Below, piece after piece: positions 1-10,313 of a stretch of DNA of 29,928 bases (its first letter is position 1; every line of letters starts with the position of its first letter). This stretch comes from Octopus sinensis (lineage: Eukaryota). The stretch lies in contig NW_021832665.1 of NCBI RefSeq assembly GCF_006345805.1, forward strand, positions 1-29,928, in the 5' to 3' direction. The notes beneath the pieces are model-generated. The model saw only the letters and a program-made list of their open reading frames with translations, did no database searches and was not told the DNA's origin. The position numbers were made by a program, and so were the translations under genes.

Positions 1-590
1 CCTCCTACACAATACACACTATTTTATAGTCAATATTCCTGTAATGCGATTATCCCCACGTCCCACACTCAATCAAAATTCATCACCGAACATATCCACC
101 ATTTAACGCGATATAGAACACCACCCTTCAGCCTCTCCCTAAAGCTATTATTGCCCCTCATCTTTGCCAACACCTACTAATAATGCTAGTACTCTCATTA
201 CCATCGTATGTACTCCCCACCACGACCAAAATAATCATTTCTAGCACCAAACAACCAGTCAATACCATCAACTTTTCGCCGCCGTAACTATTTCCTACAA
301 CAGAATACGCCGCCATCTTCCATCACGTAAGAGCTATCATTAGTTACCACCGTCTGACACACTACCGCCGATATCTCTTAGACGAATATCCCAATTACCA
401 GCACCACCACCACCGCCATTATTATCGGTTCAACAACACGAACAATAACACAGAGCCTTTATAATTGATTGGTTCAATCCCTTTCGCCACCTTGTAATTA
501 TCGTCTCTAATAACTCGACTGTATTTTAAGAAGCTATATTTCATTTAATATAAGCTTATTGAACCGGAGAGATAAAACAGTAAGAAGCAG

Positions 591-694
591 TTCTCTCACT
601 CTCTGTCTCCCTCTCTCCCTCTCTCTTTCTCCGACTCTTTCTCTCTCTTTCTCTCTCTTTCTTCCTCTCTCGCACAGTTTTTCACATTATATAT

Positions 695-756
<62 letters not shown>

Positions 757-1173
757 TTCAATCAGGCTACCACGCTTTCTTTCATATATTTGCTCCTTTT
801 CTCTTCTTTCTCAATGTCTTTATTCCAGCCTACCTTTATTATTACTGTTCTTTATGTTTTTGATTTCGGTTCTCTCTCTCTCTCTCTCTCTCTCCCCGCT
901 CTCTCTCTCTCTCTCTCTTTCTTTCTCTCCACACACAAACACAGACTATTTCAATATAGCTATCATTTATTCAATCTCTTCCCCTCATCTACGACTCTTT
1001 TATGTGTGTATATATATATGTGTATATATATATATATGTAAGTCTGTGTGTGTATACATATACATATATATATACAAGCATTATATATATATATATATAT
1101 ATGCATAGACACACACATATATATATATATACACACACATCTAATTACTTTTCTCTTTTGCTAACTCTCTCTC

Positions 1174-1213
<40 letters not shown>

Positions 1214-1345
1214 CTCCATACTCTCTACATGTGTGTAACTCTTTACATCATTCTTTTATCTCTCTACTTCTCTTCATCTACATTTCTTTTCTCTTTCTGT
1301 CAATCCTTTCGCCCCACCCCACCCACCTACAGACACACACACACC
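591..1345. repeat. Microsatellite cluster: (CT)n, (AT)n, (AC)n
   Basis: Visible runs of ctct (about 591-670, 868-925, 1165-1210), atat (689-753, 1081-1130) and acac. ORFs 559-1238 translate to SLSL/IYIY runs. Confidence 0.95.
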
Positions 1346-1560
1346 CACACACATCCGACATTCCTTCTTCCTTGCAATCCCACCGATATTATTAACTCTA
1401 GCCACAACAACAACCACCACATCAAACACAACAAAAACTAGAACTACAGGCAAAACAACAACAAACAGACGGCGATAACAACATTCCGCCATTAATCCAT
1501 AATCTATAATCCCATCAGTTGCATCGAGCCAATGACGTAGCCTCTAAATGGTCACTTAAC

Positions 1561-1710
1561 TTGCAAGGCATAGCAACCAATTCTCCCTCAAATCAAACTC
1601 CACCGCAGTAGATAATGAAGGGCTCACTGAGTAATGTAGGCCGCTATGCTTTTGATCACGAGTCTGCTTGATCAGAGTCGACCGGGTGTTAAACAGCAAC
1701 AATAGCGACA
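1561..1710 (+). mobile_element. Probable 3' fragment of a SINE-like repeat (family E) with (CAA)n-like tail
   Basis: tagcaaccaattctccctcaaatc...tttgatcacgagtctgcttgatcagagtcgacc...aaacagcaacaatagc. Weakly similar to 25190-25220 (tagaaataacagccaaatatctctc). Family identity is from recall only. Confidence 0.35.
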
Positions 1711-1751
1711 ACAGCCAGAACCAAAAACATAAAAAACAATAAAACAATCAA

Positions 1752-1925
1752 AGGGTTAAGCGATTAAATCGACACCAGTATTTAACTGGTATTTTAATAA
1801 ACTAATCAAAAGAATAAGGATAAAAGGCTGAGTTAACCTCGGCTGGATTTGAACTCATTACGTAAAGATCAGGAACAAATACTGTAAAGCGTTTTGTTCC
1901 ACGCTCTAAAGAATCTGTCTACCCA
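1752..1925 (-). mobile_element. Diverged SINE family B copy
   Basis: aatcgacaccagtatttaactggt...gttaacctcggctggatttgaactc aligns with the well-preserved B copies at 16806-17016 and 20821-21054. Confidence 0.6.
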
Positions 1926-1959
1926 CAGCTTGTCACACTAACATTTAATGGTTTCTGAT

Positions 1960-2128
1960 TTAGGCAGCAATTTTGAGTAGAAGGGTTAGTCGATACCATC
2001 GGTCCCAGTACATGACTGGTACTTTAGTTTTCGATACCATAGTTGGCCCTTCGAGATCTGAACTCAGAATGAAAAGAGACGAAAGAAATGCCGCAAGGCT
2101 TTTGCCGACGTTCTAACAATTCCGCAGT
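1960..2128 (-). mobile_element. Diverged SINE family B copy
   Basis: ggcagcaatttt...gtcgataccatcggtcccagtac..actggtact...gaactcagaat...gaaatgccgcaagg...cgttctaacaattc matches family B order on the minus strand. Confidence 0.6.
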
Positions 2129-2139
2129 GTGGGGTCCTT

Positions 2140-2960
2140 TTGGTAAAGATAGTAAGAATCTTGTAAGGCGGGTGAGCATCACTGGCCCTCACTCATACCC
2201 TAAATCTCTCACCTACCAATTTCAAGTGTCATACGCCGGTGGGCTAAAGCTGAAATTGCACCATCAGGTGGTTGGAGGAGCTCTTGTAAAGGCCAACAGC
2301 AATTGCGAACGAGTTTCATGGAAACCGACGACCAGGATTCCGTGATTTTTTTGTGTTCTTTCTCGAGCCACGCCTGGCTCATTAGGGCCGGTTTCCCGGT
2401 TTCATTGGCGCATAGGTTCCCCATTTGGACAGGACGCCGGTCCGTCGCAGGTGAGCTGCAAGATGCAAGAGGAAAAAGTGAGAGAAAGTTGTGGCGAAAG
2501 AGTCAGCAGAAGTTCGCCATTACCTTCTGCCGGAGCAGCGTGGAGCTTAGGTGTTTTTTGCTCATAAACACACATATCGCCTGTTCTGAGATTCGAACCT
2601 GCGATTCCTCTACCGCGAGTTCGCTACTCTAACCACTAGGCCATGTGCCTCCACCCAGGAATCCGTGATTCAAGACAACCGACCCATAATATATTTTGTG
2701 GACTCCGTTTAACAATCAACAGACACAGCTCCATTTGCAGTTTCCTTCCTAATTGCAAGTGGTTAAGCTTCACATTAGCACCTGGTTCCCAGAAGAACCT
2801 CATGCTATGAAAACATTTCAAAGTACAAAAGTAATCCTTCCGAAGTATTTTGACTGCCACATGCATCACCCGACGTAGGAGCACCTGAGTGTAAGAAACC
2901 CTTATGCCAGCTCGACCCTCCCACCGACGCATCGTCAAATATGAAGAACAGGAATCAATC
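2140..2960 (-). pseudogene. Possible highly degraded RTE-type LINE 3' remnant, interrupted by a family D SINE
   Basis: Minus-strand fragments (..VSYTQVLLRRV.., ..GRKLQ.., ..WSSVSMKLVRNCCW..) loosely resemble RTE C-terminal motifs (VSNxEVxRRV, GGQxKTW, WxxVSxELAQDRxxW). Multiple frameshifts. Confidence 0.3.
2348..2654 (-). mobile_element. tRNA-headed SINE, family D
   Basis: Minus strand starts tggaggcacatggcctagtggttagagtagcgaactcgcggtagaggaatcgcaggttcgaatc (A and B boxes). Co-linear with 18635-18927. Imperfect TSD ccaggattccgtgatt (2332-2347) / ccagggaatccgtgatt (2655-2671). Confidence 0.85.
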
Positions 2961-3180
2961 AAAAACAATGCATAGAATTCATAATAACGGCAATAATGGT
3001 AACGGCCATATCAGAAGACCCAGCAACTGAAAAGGAGAGACTAAATGAAGTGTTAGGCGGTTTCGCATTTGGCAAATATCCTTTACTGCAGTCCCGGGGG
3101 CACAAAAGCATTGTTTACTGAGTCTGGTAGACGGAAACTTTGTGGAAGCTCAGTCCTGTTTATAAATTGAATATATAGGT

Positions 3181-3388
3181 CAGTGGTTTTCAACCAGGGT
3201 TCAATCCAGGGGTTCCGCAATCCAGGGGTTCCGCAAGAAGTTACAAAACTGCTAAAATCGGCAGTAATTTTTAATTCTCCTGTGCAGATATGTGTGCAGA
3301 AGACTATTAAATTATTGCACAGGGGTTCCTCGATCCAGTGGAATGTTTCCTTGGGGTTCCGCTCCAGCAAAAAGGTTGAAAAGCATTG
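3181..3388. mobile_element. hAT-superfamily (Charlie-like) MITE, 208 bp
   Basis: 15-bp TIRs cagtggttttcaacc (3181-3195) / ggttgaaaagcattg (3374-3388; 2 mismatches). Exact 8-bp TSD atataggt (3173-3180, 3389-3396). Repeated internal ggggttcc motifs. An 8-bp TSD with CAG-starting TIRs is typical of hAT. Confidence 0.85.
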
Positions 3389-3806
3389 ATATAGGTTACA
3401 TACATTATATCATACCTTGATACTGTATGGTCTGAGACCCATCACTGACAGGCCCCTGATATTAAATGAATTGTTAAACAGTAATGGTATGCAAATTAGT
3501 AGCTCCAGTTTTCTGTGCCTTCTAGATTTGATGTGTATAGAAACAGATTAGTTTCTCTGTGACTGGTCAAATTAATGTAGACGCTTCTGAGGAGAATCCA
3601 GAAGGATTCCAATATCGATTAACGTTGTTCATCATCTGTTTCAGTTTACGGAGAAACAGCTAAATTAGCCCGCTTAAAATCTACTATACAGGTTACATAT
3701 ATCTATGCACATACAATCATATGAGTGTGTGTTTGTGTGTGTATGTATATATATGCATATTTGTGTGTGCTTGTATTTTCCTTTCACTCACCACTTGACA
3801 ATTGGT

Positions 3807-3960
3807 ACATTATTTACATTATTTACATTTGACGGATATTTGTCCTCATCTTGTTTGTTATTAACACAACGTTTCAGCTGATATACCCTCCAGCCTTCAT
3901 CAGGTGTCTTGGGAAAATTTCAAAACTGGGTTCTCATTCCTAAGGTATTTTTCGATGTTG

Positions 3961-4000
<40 letters not shown>

Positions 4001-4142
4001 AGTCACTGCCTAGAATTGAACTCGGAATCTTGGGGTTAGTAGCCAGTGCTCTTAACCACTATGCCATATGCCATTAGGACAAATATCCGTCAAATGTAAA
4101 TAATGTAAATAATGTACATGATTCCTCATCTCTTAAATATAG
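3807..4142 (-). mobile_element. tRNA-headed SINE-like element with hammerhead-like 3' domain (family H, copy 1)
   Basis: Minus strand from 4072: ggcatatggcatagtggttaagagcactggctactaaccccaagattccgagttcaattc (A/B boxes), then (AAT)n, then ...gacacCTGATGAaggctg...cagctGAAACgttgtgtt...ccgtcaaatgtaaataatgt. Inverted tail copy at 4076-4142. Exact 15-bp TSD cacttgacaattggt (3792-3806, 4143-4157). Confidence 0.85.
3863..3908 (-). ncRNA. Minimal type-I hammerhead ribozyme motif (predicted)
   Basis: GACAC-CUGAUGA-A-GGCUG(10 nt)CAGCU-GAAAC-GUU-GUGUU: stem I GACAC/GUGUU, stem II GGCUG/CAGCU, intact core, palindromic AACGUU in place of stem III. Activity untested. Confidence 0.7.
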
Positions 4143-5075
4143 CACTTGACAATTGGTGTTGGTTTGTTTACGTTCCCTTAACTTAGCTGTTCGGCAAAAG
4201 AGACATATAGAATAAATGATAAAGTGGAAGAACAAAACGTAAGTATCAGGATCGATTTGTTTGACTGAAACCTTTCAAGGTGTTGCCCCAGAATTGCCGC
4301 AGTCCAACGACTGAAACACGTATAAGATAAAAGTAAAATTAAGAGATGATGAAAAGCCACAACAATGCTGATGAAGCAGAGGCAAAAATTAATTATTCAG
4401 TATTTAGAATTTAATAAGCTTTTATCGGTTTATGAGAAATTTACGGTGAAACATCAAACACAAATAGCATCGAAACCTGTCATAATCTGCTCTGGAATAT
4501 ATTTATTATTTGTTTTTAGTTTTATCGTTTTTATACGCATTAATTAGACTTTCATCATCATTATTTTCAATTTATATTAGACTAACAATGATTCCGGAGA
4601 GCTTGAGGATCTTAAATGAAGTTGTAGATATGTTTATTGAATAAAACATAAAAACCAGTCGGAAAGCTATTGTGAAGTGGTGCATCCTTAATTAGGATGA
4701 TTAGTGTTGTGGATAGAAAACTGATGGCTAATTTATAAAGACGTAGTCGCACAGCCAATAGACTTATATAACTGCACATACGCCTATCGATTTCCTTTCA
4801 CTAAACACGGTGATGTTTTTGCATGAAAGATGAAATATATAATTTATCTATGAATTATACTCACACACATATACATATATATATAAAGTCTGTTCATTCC
4901 ACCTTCTTATTGTTTTATAAATTTATATAAATATGGAGAATTTTTCAGCCTTGTAGGAATAACAGATGGCCCGTAGGACTTACAGTGTTCTCCATAAAAC
5001 TTTAGTGCTATGAACTATGATCATCAACAAAATTCTAACACACTTTAACCTCCACAGGCAACTCATATATATATA

Positions 5076-5448
5076 TGGATGGATGGAAGCACTCCGTCGG
5101 TTACGACGACGAGGGTTCCGGTTGATCCGAATCAACGGAACAGCCTGCTCGTGAAATTAACGTGTAAGTGGCTGTACACTCCACAGTCACGTGTACCCTT
5201 AACGTAGTTCTCGGGATATTCAGCGTGACACAGAGAGTGACAAGGCCGGCCCTTTGAAATACAGGTACAACAGAAACAGGAAGTAAGAGTGAGAGAAAGT
5301 TGTGGTGAAAGAGTACAGCAGGGATCACCTCGTGGAACTTTTAGGTGTTTTCGCTCAATAAACACTCACAACGCCCGGTCTGGGAATCGAAACCGCGATC
5401 CTATGACCGCGAGTCCGCTGCCCTAACCACTGGACTATTGCGCCTCCA
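5076..5448 (-). mobile_element. tRNA(Arg)-like-headed SINE, family C
   Basis: Minus strand: tggaggcgcaatagtccagtggttagggcagcggactcgcggtcataggatcgcggtttcgattccc...gtcgtaaccgacggagtgcttcca plus short (TCCA)n tail. Nearly identical to 17798-18179. Confidence 0.9.
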
Positions 5449-5524
5449 CACACACATATATATATATATATAGGCCACAGCTCATTAGCTGAAACTGAAA
5501 AATCAAAATCAAATATATACATGT

Positions 5525-5868
5525 GACGGTGGTTAAGACAGCGGATTCGCAGTCACAGGACCGTGGTTTCGATTCCCAGACCGAGCGTTGTGAGTGTTTA
5601 TTGAGCGAAAACACCTAAAGCTTCACAAGACTCCGGCAGAGGGTGGTGGCGAACCCTGCTGTACTCTTTCACCACAACTTCTCTCACTGGTTCTTCCTGT
5701 TTCTGTTATATCCGTATTTCAAAAGGCCAGCCTTGTCACACTGAATCACCCCGAGAACTACATTAAGGGTACACGTGTCTGTGGAGTGCTCAGCCACTTG
5801 CACGTTACTTTCATGAGCAGGCTGTTTCCCATGATCGGATCAACTGGAAACCCCGTCGTCATAACCGA
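5525..5868 (+). mobile_element. Family C SINE, more diverged, head slightly truncated
   Basis: gtggttaagacagcggattcgcagtc...gtttcgattcccagacc...gtcgtcataaccga, the reverse complement of the 5076-5448 element. Confidence 0.85.
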
Positions 5869-5883
5869 TGCATGTGACAATGG

Positions 5884-5970
5884 TTAGGATACAAGGCCCA
5901 ATGGACAGGGTGTTGCGACTGCGAGATCGTGGTTTCAATTCCTCGACTGGGTGGTACATTGTGTTCTTCG
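5884..5970 (+). mobile_element. SINE head fragment (family F-like)
   Basis: ggcccaatggacagggtgttg...gagatcgtggtttcaattcc...gtggtacattgtgttctt resembles the minus-strand element at 18480-18621. Confidence 0.4.
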
Positions 5971-6217
5971 TTTCTTGTTGCTCTGTGATTACTTCGACAC
6001 CTGAACGTGTGGTACACCTGTTCAGGCAACATCGATTTGATGGAGGGAGTGATCCAATGTACAGCACATACATCACTATATGCAAATCGTTCATGAATTT
6101 TGTTCAGCAAAAAGGTACAGAGGTGTCTTTCTAGGACCAGGAGGGAATAACACCGTAGGCAGGTGTATATGTGTGTATGTACGAATACATGTATTTCGGT
6201 GACTTCATAAGAATTCT

Positions 6218-6443
6218 GCGCAGGAGTGGCTGTGTAGTAAGAAGCTTGCTTACCAACCACATGGTTCCGGGTTCAGTGCCACTGCGTGGCATTTTGGGCA
6301 AGTGTCTTCTACTATAACTTCAGGTCAACCAAAGCCTTGTGAGTGGATTTTGTAGACGAAACTGAAAGAAGCTTGTCGTATATATGTACATGTATATACA
6401 TGGCCGCAGTCAAATGACTGAAACAAGTAAAAGAGTAAATGAA
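6218..6443 (+). mobile_element. Family A SINE with internal deletion
   Basis: gcgcaggagtggctgtgtagtaagaagcttgc...gggttcagtgccactgcgtggcattttgggcaagtgtcttctactata...gaaactgaaagaagc joined directly to catggccgcagtcaaatgactgaaacaagtaaaagag. Confidence 0.85.
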
Positions 6444-6448
6444 TATAA

Positions 6449-6517
<69 letters not shown>

Positions 6518-6544
6518 TGTGTGCATGTATGTATGTATGCATGT

Positions 6545-6670
6545 ATCCTTCATCTTTCACTTAATCTATCGGATTATTTTGCCGAACCGCTGAGTTACGC
6601 AGATACAAACACAATAACATTGGTTATCACACTGTGGTGGGCAACAAAGATGAATACGAACGTACACACA
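6545..6670 (-). mobile_element. Family A SINE 3' fragment (diverged)
   Basis: tctatcggattatttttgccgaaccgctgagttacg...aaacac...cattggttatca matches the family A tail on the minus strand. Confidence 0.6.
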
Positions 6671-7427
6671 CTTATAGAAATATACATCTATAGATACATA
6701 TATACGTATGTATGTATATACGTATGTATGCATACATGCATGCATTATGTGTGTACTGTTGTATGTATGTTTGTTTGTTTGTAAGTATGTATGTGTTATT
6801 ATGTATCTAATATCCTTTGTTAGTGCTGTTTCTCCTAATACATCTCATCATGACAGGTTTCTGTGGTTTGTCCAAATATGTCTCCTTCTGTTGCATTTGA
6901 ACTAATGCCATCTCTTTTGCATAAAATTATTTATGCGATACTAGCTTCCTAAATAATTGCACTACTTCTTTCGTTCTCCACACCACCTTAACATTCGCAG
7001 ACATTCCTTCAATGTTTTCTGGCTAACGTCTTTTTTTCCCCCAACCCTGTTTCATTATTCAAACCTAAAAGAAAATTAGCACACAAGAAGATCGGCTACA
7101 GGACCCAAACAGGATAATAAGACCGATTAATCAAAGCTGATCTCTGTAAATCATTGCCGCAGTGCTCGTTAAGCTTGATTATCCAGTTCTTCCAGTTTAG
7201 TTACCATTCTCTCCATCATAACTACCAAACAACAGGTATTGCTGACTTGAAGTTTGTAACGCCCTTTTGTCGAGCATCAATTTGTCAAAAAGTTTTATTT
7301 ATAACATTATTAACAGATATTTTACCACGAAAGCTAAAAAAAAAAACATTTTATCGCTGTCAAATTTCAAAAAAATCACTAAAACCCACCTTCTGCTCAA
7401 CCAAACTAATTTATACTTTTTCAATAA

Positions 7428-7594
7428 TATTATTATTCAGGTCACTGCCCAAGGGCATATGGCGTCGTGGTTAAAAGCGCGGGCTACTAACCCCAAGATT
7501 CCGAGTTCGATTTCAGACAGTGACCGGAACAATAATAATAACATGGAAAAATACCTTAGGAATGAGAACCTAGTTCGAAATTTCCCCAAGACAC
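7428..7594 (+). mobile_element. Family H element, copy 2 (3'-truncated just before the hammerhead core)
   Basis: Head ggcatatggcgtcgtggttaaaagcgcgggctactaaccccaagattccgagttcg from 7454, ending at ...ccccaagacac (7594). Preceded by the inverted fragment tattattattcaggtcactgcc (7428-7449). Confidence 0.85.
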
Positions 7595-7610
7595 AACCAC
7601 GCCTGCACCT

Positions 7611-7683
7611 AGGTGCCACGCAATGGGACTGAACCCGGAGCGATGTGGTTGGGAAGCAAGCTTCTTACCACACAGCCAGTCCT
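7611..7683 (-). mobile_element. Family A SINE head fragment
   Basis: aggtgccacgcaatgggactgaacccgg..atgtggttgggaagcaagcttcttaccacacagcca. Confidence 0.8.
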
Positions 7684-7692
7684 TATATTCAT

Positions 7693-7726
<34 letters not shown>

Positions 7727-8281
7727 CGAATGGTAATTCCAAGGGTATTACCAGAAGCAAGACACAGGCAAACGCCGAATCAAAGCTATGATGTATCTAT
7801 TTCACCTATACGTATTCTCCGTAAAAAAATTAATGTTAATGTAATTAATTGGAATTAATTAGAAATATGTGTGCGAGAAAAAAAAGAGAAAGAGGGAAGA
7901 GGAGTGAGAAGCAAGGATGGAGGGAGAACGTGTAGAAGAGATAAACTGAATGAATTTAAACAAGGTGTGTTACAGAGAGGTGTCATAATATCTATTGCTC
8001 TTATGACTAATGTGTATGACATGCAATATGTGTTGCTGAGTGTGTGTGTGTGTAAGTCTATGTGTAAGAGTGTGTGTATCGTGCATGTGTTTGTGCGTTT
8101 GTGTGCGTAAGTGAGAAGCTGCAGGTAAATTAGGGAAGATAGGGAGACAGATAAACAGGATGCTATATGCGTTACGTACATGCCAAGCTATGTTCCAGCC
8201 CACATGGATTTCTATGAGCGTACATACAAACATGTATATATATATATACATACAAACATAGGAAGAGACATAAGTACGTAC

Positions 8282-8285
<4 letters not shown>

Positions 8286-8339
<54 letters not shown>

Positions 8340-8359
8340 GTATATATATTAATGTATAG

Positions 8360-8402
<43 letters not shown>
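8286..8402. repeat. (AT)n microsatellite flanking the LINE 5' end
   Basis: Visible atatat run. Confidence 0.95.
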
Positions 8403-8403
<1 letters not shown>

Positions 8404-8405
<2 letters not shown>

Positions 8406-10169
8406 GCGAGGAAACGCAGGGTCACTGTCTCCACTGTAGGCCCTCTAATTGACGAAACTGGCACTCTCCAAGATAATGCCAATCCATGGCCGAGATACTG
8501 CAGAAACAATACTGCTCTGTTTTCAGCAATCCTGATATGGCCGATCTGGGCTGTATCAGTGATGTCAACCCCCAACACACTATATCGGACATAACGTTTA
8601 GTGCCCCTGATGTCTTAGCGGCGATAAACGAAATAAAACACAATTCAGCAGTAGGCCCCGATAGGTTCCCTGCTTGTGTCCTGAAGGTGTGTCGACACCA
8701 ACTTGCATCTCCCCTTGCTAATCTGTGGAGAAACTCACTGGATGCTGGCTATATTCCAAAAAACCTTCTGTCCCAGTCTGTTGTCCCAGTTTTCAAAAAG
8801 GGAAACAAGTCCCTTGCAGTGAATTACCGTCCGATCTCACTCACCTCTCATATCATCAAGGTATTTGAGAGGGTGGTGAGATCTCGAATAACCCAATTTC
8901 TGGAAAGCAACAGACGGCTGATCTCCAACCAACATGGGTTCCGTAATGGAAGGGACTGCCTAATGCAGCTCCTGCATCACTTTGAGGACATTTTGAGAGC
9001 TTTGGAGAGGGCTCCAACACCGATGTCATCTACCTTGATTTCAGTAAGGCCTTCGACAGGGTCGATCACAAGATCCTATTGAAAAAACTATCCAACATTG
9101 GTGTCTCTGGAAAGTTACTGAAATGGATTAAGTGTTTCCTGACAGACAGATCTCAACATGTTGTAGTTGAAGGGGTAAAATCAAGCCCAGCCAAAGTCAG
9201 TAGTGGCGTTCCGCAAGGCACTGTGCTGGGCCCACTTCTTTTCATCATTTACATTAATGACATTAATGACATCATCAAGCACAGCAACATAAAAATCTTT
9301 GCAGATGACTCCAAGCTACAGAAGGTCATAAATGAGGCGAGTGACCGGACATGCCTTCAGTCAGATCTACTGGCTGTTATCCAATGGGCAGAAAAAAACA
9401 ATATGCTGCTGAACGAGGATAAATTTGAGCTAATCCACTTTGGAAAAGAGGATGCCCTGAAACTCCCATACTCCCTTCCTTCAGGTGAAATTCTCGCGGC
9501 GTCCAACGACATCAGAGACTTGGGAGTAATTGTGGACAACAACGTAAGCTGGGCCACTCATATAAATACCAAAGTTGACATGGCCCGCAGAATGTGTTCC
9601 TGGATTCTCAGAACTTTCCAGTCGAGAGATATCCACACCATTATCCTTCTCTTCTCCACTTTTGCCCGACCCCACCTTGAATACTGTTGTCCACTGTGGT
9701 CTCCCCACACAATACAAGGTATCATAAAAGTTGAAGCACCTCAAAGGGCAATCACAAAAAAGATAGATGGCATGACAGGCCTCGACTATTGGGGTCGGCT
9801 AGAAAAGCTAAAACTCTATTCTCTCCAACGTCGTCGTGAGCGCTACATCATCTGCATGATGTGGAAAATATTCCATCAACATTGCCCAAATGATGTTGGC
9901 ATCACCTTTAAGGTACATCCAAGGCTTGGGCCCCGTGCCATCCGCCCAAACAAAAATCGCACTCTCATCTCATAACAACAATACGGCACAATTATTTCAC
10001 CTCAATTGGCCCCGCTCTCTTTAAACATTACACCAAAACACATTAAAACAGAAACTGACCCTATAGGGTTCAAGAAGTCTTTGGACAGATTCCTTCAAGA
10101 AATCCCGGATAAACCCCCTACACCCGATATGTCTCTGTAAACAATAACTCTCTACTTGAGTGGCCATAG
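8404..10169 (+). pseudogene. Frameshifted reverse transcriptase (ORF2) of the CR1-type LINE
   Basis: Motifs [58 protein letters not shown] (from 9031), GVPQGTVLGPLLF, IFADD, DLGV, RPHLEYC..LWSP, LKLYSLQRRRERY, FKKSLDRFLQEIPDKP. Frameshifts at about 8482 and 9005, with further ones after about 9950. Terminal TAG at 10167-10169. Confidence 0.92.
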
Positions 10170-10272
10170 TGCCCAAATTCTGACTTGAAAGACTTCACCA
10201 GGTGGTGCTATTAAGTTAGACATGGCCTGGGCCAATAATGGCCGAAACCTATCAAAGTATCAAAGTATCAAA

Positions 10273-10274
<2 letters not shown>
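8404..10274 (+). mobile_element. 5'-truncated CR1-type non-LTR retrotransposon (LINE)
   Basis: Contains RT coding remnants and about 100 bp of 3' UTR ending in three tandem ATCAAAGT repeats (10251-10274). No endonuclease or ORF1 present. Confidence 0.92.

Positions 10275-10313
<39 letters not shown>

Larger units (their letters stand above)
3720..4345 (+). mobile_element. Old family A SINE (3' half) split by the hammerhead-bearing element
   Basis: gtgtgt..cacttgacaattggt | gttggtttgtttacgttcccttaacttagctgttcggcaaaagagac...gccgcagtccaacgactgaaacacgtataagataaaag resembles the family A 3' half. Confidence 0.55.

Noticed and set aside
559-1492. ORFs with SLSL/IYIY/HTHT runs (also 6312-6905, 7970-8594, 10671-11176, 13357-16350, 26477-29284)
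   Set aside because: They are translations of microsatellites or SINE interiors, with no domain-like sequence.
3587-3612. CTGAGGA followed by the hairpin GAATCC-agaa-GGATTC, a possible third hammerhead
   Set aside because: The GAAA core is absent (caat follows) and no stem I or III can be found.
4010-4072. SINE heads as genuine tRNA genes (also the family C and D heads)
   Set aside because: They lack a complete acceptor stem and continue into SINE bodies present in multiple copies with TSDs.
4762-4775. CCAAT followed by TATATAA
   Set aside because: The spacing of about 6 bp is incompatible with a canonical CCAAT-TATA promoter, and such motifs are common in AT-rich DNA.
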